Below are positions 16,971 through 24,963 of a stretch of DNA of 32,000 nt, piece after piece. Position numbers and translations under genes: made by a program. Location of the stretch: NCBI RefSeq assembly GCF_000025505.1, contig NC_013849.1:1470001-1502000 (forward strand), in the 5' to 3' direction. Origin of the DNA: Ferroglobus placidus DSM 10642 (GTDB lineage: Archaea > Halobacteriota > Archaeoglobi > Archaeoglobales > Archaeoglobaceae). Below the pieces are notes generated by a model. That model saw nothing but the letters and a program-made list of their open reading frames with translations. It was not told where the DNA came from and did no database searches. Position 1 is the stretch's first letter. Each line of letters opens with the position of its first letter.

Positions 16971-17001
16971 ACTTTTTAATCTTTTTTGAAAAATATCTAC
17001 T

Positions 17002-17017
17002 GACCGCCGTTGCGGTC
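17002..17017. repeat. Perfect 6-bp inverted repeat (GACCGC-CGTT-GCGGTC)
   Basis: Seen directly in the intergenic region between fqoF and the convergent phosphoesterase gene. Confidence 0.6.
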
Positions 17018-17063
17018 GGAGAGAGCAGAAGCTTTCGATGATAGACCGTCGGCAAGCCGCCAA

Positions 17064-17588
17064 TTACACTTCAAACTTGTACGCTTTAACTTTCAGAGTT
17101 TCTTCCAGCTCGCAGATCTGAACGTTCAGCGTTTCTTCCACGTTGATTACCGCGAAGCTCGGAATTCCTTTTCCTCCGCCTCCACCCCACGCTCCGGTTG
17201 CGGAGCCGGGGTTTATTATAATTATTTTCCCTTTATGAACGGAAGGCGAATGTGTGTGCCCGGTAATCAAAACATCCACTCCCATTTCCTCTCCGATTCT
17301 CTCCAGCTCCTTTACGTTTCCTCTCGGATAAATTCCGTATCCGTGTATAACTCCAAATTTCAATTTTCCGGCTTTGAAGGTCTCCTCTTCCGGCAAATCG
17401 ACGAAGTCCATGTTTCCCATTACAGCAACAAGCTTCCCGTAACTTTTTATTTCCCTGTAAGCTCTTTCGCTGGTGAAATCTCCGGCGTGAACTATGAGAT
17501 CGGCTTGCTGGAGAAATTTTACGATAACGCTCGGTATCTTAGAAGCTCTGTCGGGAATGTGGGTATCGCTTATAGCGACGATTCTCAT
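17064..17588 (-). CDS. YfcE/MJ0936-like metallophosphoesterase
   Basis: MRIVAISDTHIPDRA...LIVHAGDFTS...VMGNMDF...HGYGIYPRG...LITGHTHSPSVHKGKIIINPGS. Confidence 0.9.
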   Translation of the reverse strand: MRIVAISDTHIPDRASKIPSVIVKFLQQADLIVHAGDFTSERAYREIKSYGKLVAVMGNMDFVDLPEEETFKAGKLKFGVIHGYGIYPRGNVKELERIGEEMGVDVLITGHTHSPSVHKGKIIIINPGSATGAWGGGGGKGIPSFAVINVEETLNVQICELEETLKVKAYKFEV

Positions 17589-17612
17589 GGATAATACTTA
17601 CGAGAGTTCTGT

Positions 17613-18356
17613 TTATAAGCCAGTTGGAATGTCGATGAACTCCGCTTCAATTCCAAGCTCGCTTCTTGCCAGATTTACGAGCTTTTTCAACCCGAGGGTT
17701 TCGCTTTGATAGTGTCCGATGAATATCACGTTTATCTCGTTATCCTTAGCGAGGTGGTAAGCTGAATGCTCCATCTCCCCTGTTATGAGCAAATCCACGT
17801 TATTTCTCTTGGCTTCGTCTATTGCGAAAGCTCCCCTCCCGGAGATGGCTGCGACCTTTTCCACTTTATCTTTCCCGAATTTTAGGTAGCCTATGTTTTC
17901 GAAGTTTTCCTCCAGCACTTCGAGTATTTCCTCGAATTCCTTATCGCAGTAGCCTGCGTAGCCTATTTTGTACCCCTTGTACTCACCGAAAGGTTCTTCA
18001 GGCTCAACTTCGATAAGCCTTAAGAGGCAGGCATTATTTCCTACCTCTCTGTGAGCGTCCAGAGGAAGGTGAGCGGAGTAAAGAGATAGTTCGTTTTCGA
18101 GTAGGAACTTGAGCCTCTTCCTCAGAATACCGTCCACTCTTCTTATTCCTCCCCAAATTAAACCGTGGTGGCAGAACACCATATTCGCTTCCGCTTCCAG
18201 CGCTCTAACGAAACTCTCCATGGAGGCATCGACGCAAAAAACGATTTTCTCAACCTCTTCTTCTCCTTCAACCTGAAGACCGTTCACCGCATCTTCTTTG
18301 AATTCGTTTACTCTCAAATAGGTATCAAAAAAATCGACGACCTCGCTTAATTCCAT
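17613..18356 (-). CDS. NIF3-like dinuclear metal-centre protein (GTP cyclohydrolase I type 2/DUF34 family)
   Basis: VNGLQVEGEEEVEKIVFCVDASMESFVRALEAEANMVFCHHGLIWGG...LYSAHLPLDAHREVGNNACL...ITGEMEHSAYHLAKDNEINVIFIGHYQSETLG. Confidence 0.9.
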   Translation of the reverse strand: MELSEVVDFFDTYLRVNEFKEDAVNGLQVEGEEEVEKIVFCVDASMESFVRALEAEANMVFCHHGLIWGGIRRVDGILRKRLKFLLENELSLYSAHLPLDAHREVGNNACLLRLIEVEPEEPFGEYKGYKIGYAGYCDKEFEEILEVLEENFENIGYLKFGKDKVEKVAAISGRGAFAIDEAKRNNVDLLITGEMEHSAYHLAKDNEINVIFIGHYQSETLGLKKLVNLARSELGIEAEFIDIPTGL

Positions 18357-18437
18357 GGAAGCTTAAGGTGGCAATCGCTTATTAAACTTTATCAAAAAAC
18401 AAAACACTTATCTTTGAGCACATACAAAAATTAGTTG

Positions 18438-18944
18438 ATGATTGACGAAATCGACCTCAAAATAATATTTGCACTTATGGAAAATTCGAGGTTGAGCTTT
18501 TCAGAACTTGCAAAATCACTCGGAATTAGCAGACCCACTCTCAAGAAGAGAGTTGAAGAGCTCGTAAAAAACGGCGTAATCGAAAAATTCACGGTAAAGA
18601 TAAGTGAAAAAGTTCTGAAGAGGAGTTATTCCGCTTTTGCAATCGTGGAGACCGATAAACCGGAAGAGATAGTAAAGTTGAAGTGCGTAAACGAAGTTTA
18701 CAAGCTCTGCGGAAACAAATACCTGGTTTCGATGAAGTTCTGCTCGATGGAAGGAATTAGAGAAACTTTCACGAAACTCACAGAATTTTCCGACTCTGTC
18801 GAATTTTATCCTTGCCTCACGAAGATTAAAGAAAATAATGGGCTTCAGCTAAATGTTGAGGTTAAATGCGAGGTATGCGGAAGAAAAACTGATGATTTCT
18901 CTTTTGTCGATGGAAAAATCGTCTGCAATTTGTGCAGAGAATGA
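18438..18944 (+). CDS. Lrp/AsnC-like transcriptional regulator with C-terminal Cys4 metal-binding segment
   Basis: EIDLKIIFALMENSRLSFSELAKSLGISRPTLKKRVEELVKNGVIEKFTVKI, then VKCEVCGRKTDDFSFVDGKIVCNLCRE (TRASH-like). Start placed at ATG 18438; track start 18435 is TTG. Confidence 0.8.
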   Translation: MIDEIDLKIIFALMENSRLSFSELAKSLGISRPTLKKRVEELVKNGVIEKFTVKISEKVLKRSYSAFAIVETDKPEEIVKLKCVNEVYKLCGNKYLVSMKFCSMEGIRETFTKLTEFSDSVEFYPCLTKIKENNGLQLNVEVKCEVCGRKTDDFSFVDGKIVCNLCRE

Positions 18945-18961
18945 CCAAAACTTTCATAAGC

Positions 18962-18972
18962 AAATTTAAATA
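18962..18972 (+). promoter_or_regulatory. TATA-like box of tRNA-Ser gene
   Basis: AAATTTAAATA, 15-25 nt upstream of the mature 5' end. Confidence 0.45.
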
Positions 18973-18986
18973 GAACATTTACTGCT

Positions 18987-19069
18987 GCCGGGGTTGCAGA
19001 GAGGCACTGCGCCGGCCTGGAGAGCCGGTGCCCGTCAAGGGCTCCTGGGTTCAAGTCCCAGCCCCGGCG
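18987..19069 (+). tRNA. tRNA-Ser (GGA)
   Basis: GCCGGGGTTGCAGAGAGGCACTGCGCCGGCCTGGAGAGCCGGTGCCCGTCAAGGGCTCCTGGGTTCAAGTCCCAGCCCCGGCG. Class II with long variable arm (GCCC-GTCAA-GGGC), anticodon loop CTGGAGA, no encoded CCA. Confidence 0.94.
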
Positions 19070-19125
19070 CTTGTTCTTTGTTAGTCCCTTTCGAATTCTC
19101 GGCGTTGAATAAAAATATTAGGAAA

Positions 19126-20130
19126 TTACTGCTCCCCCTCAGAAAGGTTCTCTCCTTCCTTTTCTTTTGTTAAAGCAGCCACGAGACACCCTCTCGCAAC
19201 AGAATAGAGAGGATCTCTCGCTATTTGGATTTTCGTGATGTCTATGGGTAGATTTGCTTCGATTAGCCTTTTTTCGAACAGTTCGATAAATCCTTTCGGT
19301 TTCGTGCTTCCTCCTACGATAGCTACAGGAAATTCGGCTTCCGGAGGTGTCACCTCTGAAAGCTTCCTTTTTAAGTTTTGAATGATGTAGGTTATGAGAG
19401 CATCGTAGTATATTGAAAGTGCACCTTCTACACTTCCAAGTTCGTATTCGGAATCGAGTGAGAACGACGACTCTTTTATGGCTGTAACCCTCTCCTTCGG
19501 AACTCCGGTTGCTATTGAAACTTGCTCGTCTATCCAGTCCCCACCCCTTGCGATACTAAAGGAGATGACTGGCGTTGCAAGGTAAGCAACCGTTACATTC
19601 GTTAAACCAGCTCCAACACTTACTCCCACTCCAGTAAAATCGTACTTCCCGAGCTCAGAGTATACTGCCGCAAGACCTTCATCGATCACATAAGTTTCGT
19701 AACCAAATTTTCTCGTCAGAGCTTCAATTGTTTTCTTGTGATACAAAACGTTGACATTCAGATCTACCGGGTTTGCGGGAGAAGACACGTATAACACTTC
19801 TTTATTATTTGAATTACCGAGCAATCTTTGGAGAATCAACCTTATTATCGGAATCGATTCTTTTTCTTCCGGACTTATTATTCCGTGCTTCATGGGTCTT
19901 CTAACTGGTCTCCTAAAAACGTTGGCAAACTTAAAAGCGTCTTCACCGAGAATATATATTTTGTCGTCCTTCTCGACGTATAGCACCTTTGCGGTTTCAA
20001 GCATGTTCTTTGTTAAATCGCTCGCTTCCAATTCCAAGAAAGCGTTTCTCTGCTTCGTAAAAGAAACCACTTCACCCTTCTTTTCCGCACAGACGATATT
20101 CATAGTCCCTACATCCAAACCTTTAGCCAT
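19126..20130 (-). CDS. Actin/Hsp70-superfamily (MreB/ParM-like) ATPase
   Basis: Phosphate-1 motif MAKGLDVGTMNIVCAEKKG, VIDEGLAAVYSELGKYDFTGVGVSVGAGLTNVTVAYLATPVISFSIARGGDWIDEQV (phosphate-2), PVAIVGGSTKPKGFIELF (adenosine motif). Confidence 0.75.
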   Translation of the reverse strand: MAKGLDVGTMNIVCAEKKGEVVSFTKQRNAFLELEASDLTKNMLETAKVLYVEKDDKIYILGEDAFKFANVFRRPVRRPMKHGIISPEEKESIPIIRLILQRLLGNSNNKEVLYVSSPANPVDLNVNVLYHKKTIEALTRKFGYETYVIDEGLAAVYSELGKYDFTGVGVSVGAGLTNVTVAYLATPVISFSIARGGDWIDEQVSIATGVPKERVTAIKESSFSLDSEYELGSVEGALSIYYDALITYIIQNLKRKLSEVTPPEAEFPVAIVGGSTKPKGFIELFEKRLIEANLPIDITKIQIARDPLYSVARGCLVAALTKEKEGENLSEGEQ

Positions 20131-20131
20131 C

Positions 20132-20866
20132 TCACCACCACCTAAACAACCTGCTCTTTTTATCCTTACTTTTCTCTTTCTCCCTCATCGTTTCCCTCAA
20201 CAGTTTCGAATTTTCATCGATTTCCCTATCCTCAACTTCAACTTTATTTGTAATGATTCTTTTTAAAATTTCTGCTTCTTCGATATCGTCTTTCTCCACA
20301 ACGATCTCTTTCCTTTCAAAAAACGATCTGCTCGGCTTAAATCCGTCAATTTTAATGTCCTTGAATTTTAAGTCGCTTTCGGAGAGCTTGACGATCTTAT
20401 CCATGGATTCGCTGATTACTTTCTCCACTTCCCTCTCTATTTCCTCCTCGGTAAGTTGTTTCGTTTCTATTACCGGCTTACCCTCAATTAAATTAAGAAT
20501 GGAGTTGGCGAATGCGTTCCCTATAAGTAAAGCTGAGCCGATTACGTATGGAAAAACAACGTACGACACGTAGGGATACCTCCAGTTTTGGGGAAAGAAG
20601 AAGATGAATTCAAGTAAGCCAAAAATACACAAAAGCAGTCCGGAAATTACTACGTAGCTCGAATATTGAATTCTTCTTTTAACCATCTGATTTAAACCGA
20701 AAAGCGCCACTGCAAATCCGAAACCAACAAGACCGTACGTGAGCTTTATCTGATACGGCTCGGAGTACCTCGTTAATTTAACTGAAATAGCAAAAATTAT
20801 TCCCGCAAAAACGACGATAATTCCGAATATAAACGTTAGAGAGCCCATGTAATATTTAGACTTCAC
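20132..20866 (-). CDS. Multi-pass membrane protein with charged cytoplasmic tail, operonic with the actin-like gene
   Basis: Four hydrophobic segments in the first 130 aa, then an acidic/basic coiled tail. Its stop lies 1 nt before the actin-like start, and GGTGGTGAG near the junction can serve as RBS. Confidence 0.7.
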   Translation of the reverse strand: MKSKYYMGSLTFIFGIIVVFAGIIFAISVKLTRYSEPYQIKLTYGLVGFGFAVALFGLNQMVKRRIQYSSYVVISGLLLCIFGLLEFIFFFPQNWRYPYVSYVVFPYVIGSALLIGNAFANSILNLIEGKPVIETKQLTEEEIEREVEKVISESMDKIVKLSESDLKFKDIKIDGFKPSRSFFERKEIVVEKDDIEEAEILKRIITNKVEVEDREIDENSKLLRETMREKEKSKDKKSRLFRWW

Positions 20867-20949
20867 AGGTTTTGTTTCGTCGTAAACCCTATATAAATCT
20901 TTCAGGAAACTGAGAAAACCCTTTAAGTTGTAAAAATTTTAATGGTTCT

Positions 20950-21156
20950 ATGGAAGAGGAACTCGTGGAATTTCTCAAAAAAGCTTTGAGAGGTCTTGAA
21001 AAAGACAATCCAAAGCTACTTGACCTGAAAAAACTCTCGGATTTGGCTGTTGAAGCCGGACTGGATGTGGGAGATGTAATTAGAGTTGGAGAGGTAGTGA
21101 ACAAGCTTATCGAGGACAAAGTTAAGGAATTGAGAGGGGAGGACAACTTACCTTAG
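20950..21156 (+). CDS. Small charged helical hypothetical protein (68 aa)
   Basis: MEEELVEFLKKALRGLEKDNPKLLDLKKLSDLAVEAGLDVGDVIRVGEVVNKLIEDKVKELRGEDNLP; archaeal-like composition. Confidence 0.55.
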   Translation: MEEELVEFLKKALRGLEKDNPKLLDLKKLSDLAVEAGLDVGDVIRVGEVVNKLIEDKVKELRGEDNLP

Positions 21157-21191
21157 AAAAGCTTTTTTAGCAAAGGTCGAGTTGTTGGTTT

Positions 21192-22043
21192 ATGGCAAAA
21201 CCCCTCGAAAGGAGGTCAGCGAAGCTACTGGCTTTCTTTCTCGCATTGATAATGATAGGATCGGCTTTAGCCATAGCTTTGAGAGGAGCGAACACGACAC
21301 CGAAGAGAGAAGTCAAGCTCAGCTTCGACGACTTCACAGCTGTAACGAATCTCCCAGATACGCCGAGCGAAATATATTACTTCAACTTTAGAGTTAACGA
21401 CACGAACCTTCTCAACTTAATTCAGGCTTACGCTAAATTAGTTATGAGGGATCCGGTCTTCAGATACGTCAAACTTACCGGTTTCGATTCCGCCGCTTTC
21501 GCCTACTATCCGAAAACGAACTCTTACGTTTACCTCTTCAACACCTCTTCAAAAATCTTTGCAAGCTACGACAGAAAGATGAAGGTAGGAGAATTCGACG
21601 TTAAAGTTAAGGATTTTTACGCTTTCTGCGATCAGGTAAATCCGGCTTTGATAGGCACGAGCGACGTCGTTTTTAATTACCTCGAAAACGTTGGAAAGGA
21701 AAAAGAAAATCTGTTGAAATACGTCCCCGAGAAGAATTACGCTTTCTTCAGAGCTTTTCAGGGGGAAATCGTGAAGCAGCTTATAAGGCTGAACGATTCG
21801 AATATAACCGTCGCTGACTTCTACTTTGAAGGATACGCTTTGAACGGAAGCAAGTACGAGAAGGTTGTTGCGATGAACTTCACCTCGAACACTTTCTTCG
21901 TGGAAGAGAGCAACGTCACAGAAGAGTACTACGTCTTCGAAAAAGGAACGCTGAGCGTAGCGGTATTGATAGATTCGAACTTTACGAAGCTTTTGGAAGC
22001 TCAGCCGGAGATGAGAAGCGTTATTATAAAGATGGAGGAATGA
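21192..22043 (+). CDS. Hypothetical membrane-anchored/exported protein
   Basis: N-terminal TM (KLLAFFLALIMIGSALAIAL) then a soluble domain rich in N-x-S/T; overlaps the start of the downstream kinase by 4 nt. Confidence 0.65.
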   Translation: MAKPLERRSAKLLAFFLALIMIGSALAIALRGANTTPKREVKLSFDDFTAVTNLPDTPSEIYYFNFRVNDTNLLNLIQAYAKLVMRDPVFRYVKLTGFDSAAFAYYPKTNSYVYLFNTSSKIFASYDRKMKVGEFDVKVKDFYAFCDQVNPALIGTSDVVFNYLENVGKEKENLLKYVPEKNYAFFRAFQGEIVKQLIRLNDSNITVADFYFEGYALNGSKYEKVVAMNFTSNTFFVEESNVTEEYYVFEKGTLSVAVLIDSNFTKLLEAQPEMRSVIIKMEE

Positions 22044-23191
22044 TCGAGGGAAATACGACGATCTTACTTGAGAACGGCAAAATTGAAGTTCTGAAAGGCG
22101 AAGCAGAAGTATTCGGTTGTAGAGGTAAATATTTCGAAGCCCCTAAAGGCAAAGTTCTGCCAGTTTACTTTCCCGAAGATAGCGAAGCGAGAATCGAAGG
22201 CAACTACATAGCTGTAAACGGAAGCACGATTCCGAAGAGCTGGGAGAAGTTTGTGGAAGAAGATTGGAACAGAATTTTTCTCTACGGAGCTGTAGATACG
22301 GGAAAAAGCAGTTTTTGCGTTTTCGTCTCTCACAAGCTCGACATAGACTACGTTCTCGACGCGGACGTTGGACAGGCTGATATATCTCATCCGGGAAGCA
22401 TGGCTTTGGGGAAGAGAAGAGAAAATGCTTACTTGCTAAGCATGTTTCAGTTAATTTCCTGCGAATTCGTCGGAAGCATTTCTCCGATGAACAGAGAAGC
22501 GAGATGCTTGAGAGCTTTTAAAAAGCTCGTTGATAGAGCTGGAGAAAATCTTGTTATCGACACCACCGGATGGATCCACGGAAAGAGAGCTGTGGAGTAC
22601 AAGCTTGCGAAAATAGAAATTGCGAAGCCGGACGTGATTGTTTGCTTTTCCGATCCGCCGAGAGAGTTTTCCGACTACGAAGTCTTTGAAGCTGAGAGTT
22701 TTGTGATAAAGAAGAGGGACAGAGAAATGAGAGCGTACATCAGAGGTAAGTCTTACGAAAAGTGGTTCGAAAATGCGAGAGAAATTGAAGTTAGCGTTGA
22801 TGAAGTAAAGCTTTACTTCACTTCACTGTTTTCCGGAGAAAAAGTTGAAGACGAAATCCTATTTTCTTTCGGTGACGTGATTTACGCGGAAAAATGCGGA
22901 AGCTCGTTGAACATCTACTCTGAAAACTTCGACATAGGTGGAGAGGGGTTAAAAGCTTTGAAAGAGTACTACAACGTAGTGGAAGTTAACGTCGTAAGTC
23001 CGAAAGATTTTGAAAACCTTCTCGTAGGTCTTTATTCTGACGAATACCTCTGCCCCGGGTTGATAAAAGAGGTGGACTTCGAAGAGAAAAAAATAAAGGT
23101 TCTCGCGTCGACGAGCGAAAAACCTAAAAGGATAGAGTTCGGAGAATTTAAGATAGAAAACGGAAGAGAAGTTTTCGTAAGGATACCATGA
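22040..23191 (+). CDS. Grc3/Nol9/Clp1-like polynucleotide 5'-kinase
   Basis: FLYGAVDTGKSSFCVFVSHKL (Walker A), DADVGQADISHPGSMALG, NLVIDTTGWIHGKRAVEYK. Confidence 0.83.
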   Translation: MIEGNTTILLENGKIEVLKGEAEVFGCRGKYFEAPKGKVLPVYFPEDSEARIEGNYIAVNGSTIPKSWEKFVEEDWNRIFLYGAVDTGKSSFCVFVSHKLDIDYVLDADVGQADISHPGSMALGKRRENAYLLSMFQLISCEFVGSISPMNREARCLRAFKKLVDRAGENLVIDTTGWIHGKRAVEYKLAKIEIAKPDVIVCFSDPPREFSDYEVFEAESFVIKKRDREMRAYIRGKSYEKWFENAREIEVSVDEVKLYFTSLFSGEKVEDEILFSFGDVIYAEKCGSSLNIYSENFDIGGEGLKALKEYYNVVEVNVVSPKDFENLLVGLYSDEYLCPGLIKEVDFEEKKIKVLASTSEKPKRIEFGEFKIENGREVFVRIP

Positions 23192-23577
23192 TAGTGGTTG
23201 AAACTAAGAGAAGAAGCGAAGTTGTGGACATAACCGATGAGGTTAGGAGGAAAGTTAGAGAAAGCGGTGTGAAGAGCGGAATCGCTTTAGTTTACACTCC
23301 CCACACAACCTCCGGCATAATAATCAACGAAGCTGAAAGCGGATTGGTTGAAGATATCGTCGAAGCTCTAGACGAAATAGTTCCGAAAATCTCTTACAGG
23401 CATAACAGAATAGACAACAACGCAGACGCCCATATAAAGGCATCGATCGTCGGGAACTCGGTAATCGTGCCGGTGGAGAATTCGGAACTTGTTTTGGGAA
23501 CCTGGCAAAGAATATTGTTCGTAGAATTCGACGGACCGAGAAAAAGAAAGGTTTACGTGAAAGTTTATGAAGGATAG
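23188..23577 (+). CDS. YjbQ/UPF0047 family protein (secondary thiamine-phosphate synthase-like)
   Basis: GIALVYTPHTTSGIIINEAESGLVEDIVEAL...YRHNRIDNNADAHIKASIVGNSVIVPVENSELVLGTWQRILFVEFDGPRKRKVYV. Confidence 0.92.
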   Translation: MIVVETKRRSEVVDITDEVRRKVRESGVKSGIALVYTPHTTSGIIINEAESGLVEDIVEALDEIVPKISYRHNRIDNNADAHIKASIVGNSVIVPVENSELVLGTWQRILFVEFDGPRKRKVYVKVYEG

Positions 23578-24160
23578 GCAGGATTACTACTACTGGAAGG
23601 CTAAGAAGGAAGGATACAGAAGCAGAGCAGCTTACAAGCTCAAGCAGATAAATGCGAAGTTCGAGATAATCAAGAAGGGTTACCACGTTCTCGATCTCGG
23701 CGCCTCTCCCGGAGGATGGAGTCAGGTAGCTGTAGAGCTCGGAGCTGACGTTGTTGCCGTGGATTTGAATCCGATGAAACCCATCGAGGGGGTTGTTTTC
23801 ATAAAAGGAGACATAACGAAAGAGGAGACGAAAGAGGAGATCAGGAAAATCAGAGACAAGTTCGATGTCGTTTTGTGCGACGCTTCTCCGAAAATAACCG
23901 GGAAATGGGATCTTGACCACTTCCTTTCAATGGAATTGGCGAAAGCCGCTTTCGACATTGCAAAAGAGTTCTTAAAGCCCGGAGGAAACTTCGTCGTTAA
24001 GTTGTTTCAGGGAGCGGAGTTGGAAGAAGTGGTGAGAGAATTTAAGAAGTATTTCAGGTTCAAAAAGCTTCACGCTCCTCCAGCTTCGAGAAAAAGGAGT
24101 GCCGAAATCTACTTCATAGGAAAGGGATTCGGAGGGAAGTTCAGACCGAAAAGAGACTAA
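23567..24160 (+). CDS. rlmE: RlmE/FtsJ family ribosomal RNA 2'-O-methyltransferase
   Basis: YRSRAAYKLKQINAKFEI...VLDLGASPGGWSQVAVELG...VVLCDASPKITGKWDLDHFLSMELA...GGNFVVKLFQGAE. Confidence 0.93.
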   Translation: MKDRQDYYYWKAKKEGYRSRAAYKLKQINAKFEIIKKGYHVLDLGASPGGWSQVAVELGADVVAVDLNPMKPIEGVVFIKGDITKEETKEEIRKIRDKFDVVLCDASPKITGKWDLDHFLSMELAKAAFDIAKEFLKPGGNFVVKLFQGAELEEVVREFKKYFRFKKLHAPPASRKRSAEIYFIGKGFGGKFRPKRD

Positions 24161-24576
24161 ATCAACCTCTTCTTACCTTCTCCCGGCTTGAGAGAGTACA
24201 CTTTTTCCGGATAAACGACTATCGCAGCTTTCGGGCTCCTCCTTCCACCGCTCTCTTTCTCGACGAACTCTTTTATTTCTTCAAAGAATTCTCCTTTTTC
24301 GTGTATTTCAGCTCTTCCTTTAACAAGGTAACCGTCGAAACCTCCTTCGACTTTTTTCGCAACTCCTACAGCAACCTTCGGATTCTTTTTAATGTTTTCT
24401 ACGGTCTTTTTCACAAAATTGTAAGCGATTACGAGCTTATCTTCTCTGCTTAAAACGAAGCAAACCGGTGCTAAGTGCAATTCTTTGCCGTAGCTTGCTA
24501 TCCACACCAAAAAGTCCTTTTTGCAGTTGTTTTCGAAAAATTTTAAAATCTCACTTAGCTTTGGCATACCTCTCAA
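24157..24576 (-). CDS. Pyridoxamine 5'-phosphate oxidase-like flavin-binding split-barrel protein
   Basis: MPKLSEILKFFENNCKKDFLVWIASYGKELHLAPVCFVLSREDKLVIAYNFVKKTVENIKKNPKVAVGV. Confidence 0.78.
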   Translation of the reverse strand: MRGMPKLSEILKFFENNCKKDFLVWIASYGKELHLAPVCFVLSREDKLVIAYNFVKKTVENIKKNPKVAVGVAKKVEGGFDGYLVKGRAEIHEKGEFFEEIKEFVEKESGGRRSPKAAIVVYPEKVYSLKPGEGKKRLI

Positions 24577-24907
24577 TAGCTTCTAAGATCTTCGTCCTAT
24601 TTAACGGTTTTTCGATAACTTCCTTAGCTCCAGCTTTAAGCATAGCCTCTTTTTTCGCTGCGGCAAATGCGGTAATCCCTATTATCACCGCATTCTCGTC
24701 CTCTTTGAGAATTTCTTCCGTAGCTTGTATCCTGTCCTTGTCCGGAAGAACTATGTCCATTAAAACAACATCCGGCTTGTGGTACTTGTAGAGTTTAACT
24801 GCCTCCTCGCCGTTGTCCGCTTCGATAACGAAATGATCTTTTAAAATAGTTTTCAGAATTTCCCTCACCACGGGGTCGTCTTCTACTACGAGCACTTTTA
24901 AACCCAT
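24551..24907 (-). CDS. Stand-alone response regulator receiver domain
   Basis: MGLKVLVVEDDPVVREILKTIL...PDVVLMDIVLPDKDRIQATEEIL...IIGITAF...EVIEKPL. Confidence 0.9.
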   Translation of the reverse strand: MGLKVLVVEDDPVVREILKTILKDHFVIEADNGEEAVKLYKYHKPDVVLMDIVLPDKDRIQATEEILKEDENAVIIGITAFAAAKKEAMLKAGAKEVIEKPLNRTKILEAIERYAKAK

Positions 24908-24963
24908 ACATTAACTGATAGTGATAAGAATTATAAATATGCTTCGCACTACATCATATCGTA

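Noticed and set aside
16614-17594. ORFs 16614-17063 (-) and 17010-17594 (+)
   Set aside because: Antisense to fqoF and to the phosphoesterase; the opposing proteins are strongly supported.
21182-21391. 70-aa ORF 21182-21391
   Set aside because: Out of frame with and overlapping the better-supported exported protein 21192-22043; Arg-rich composition.
23324-23920. 198-aa minus-strand ORF across yjbQ/rlmE
   Set aside because: Opposite two strongly conserved genes, with no domain evidence.
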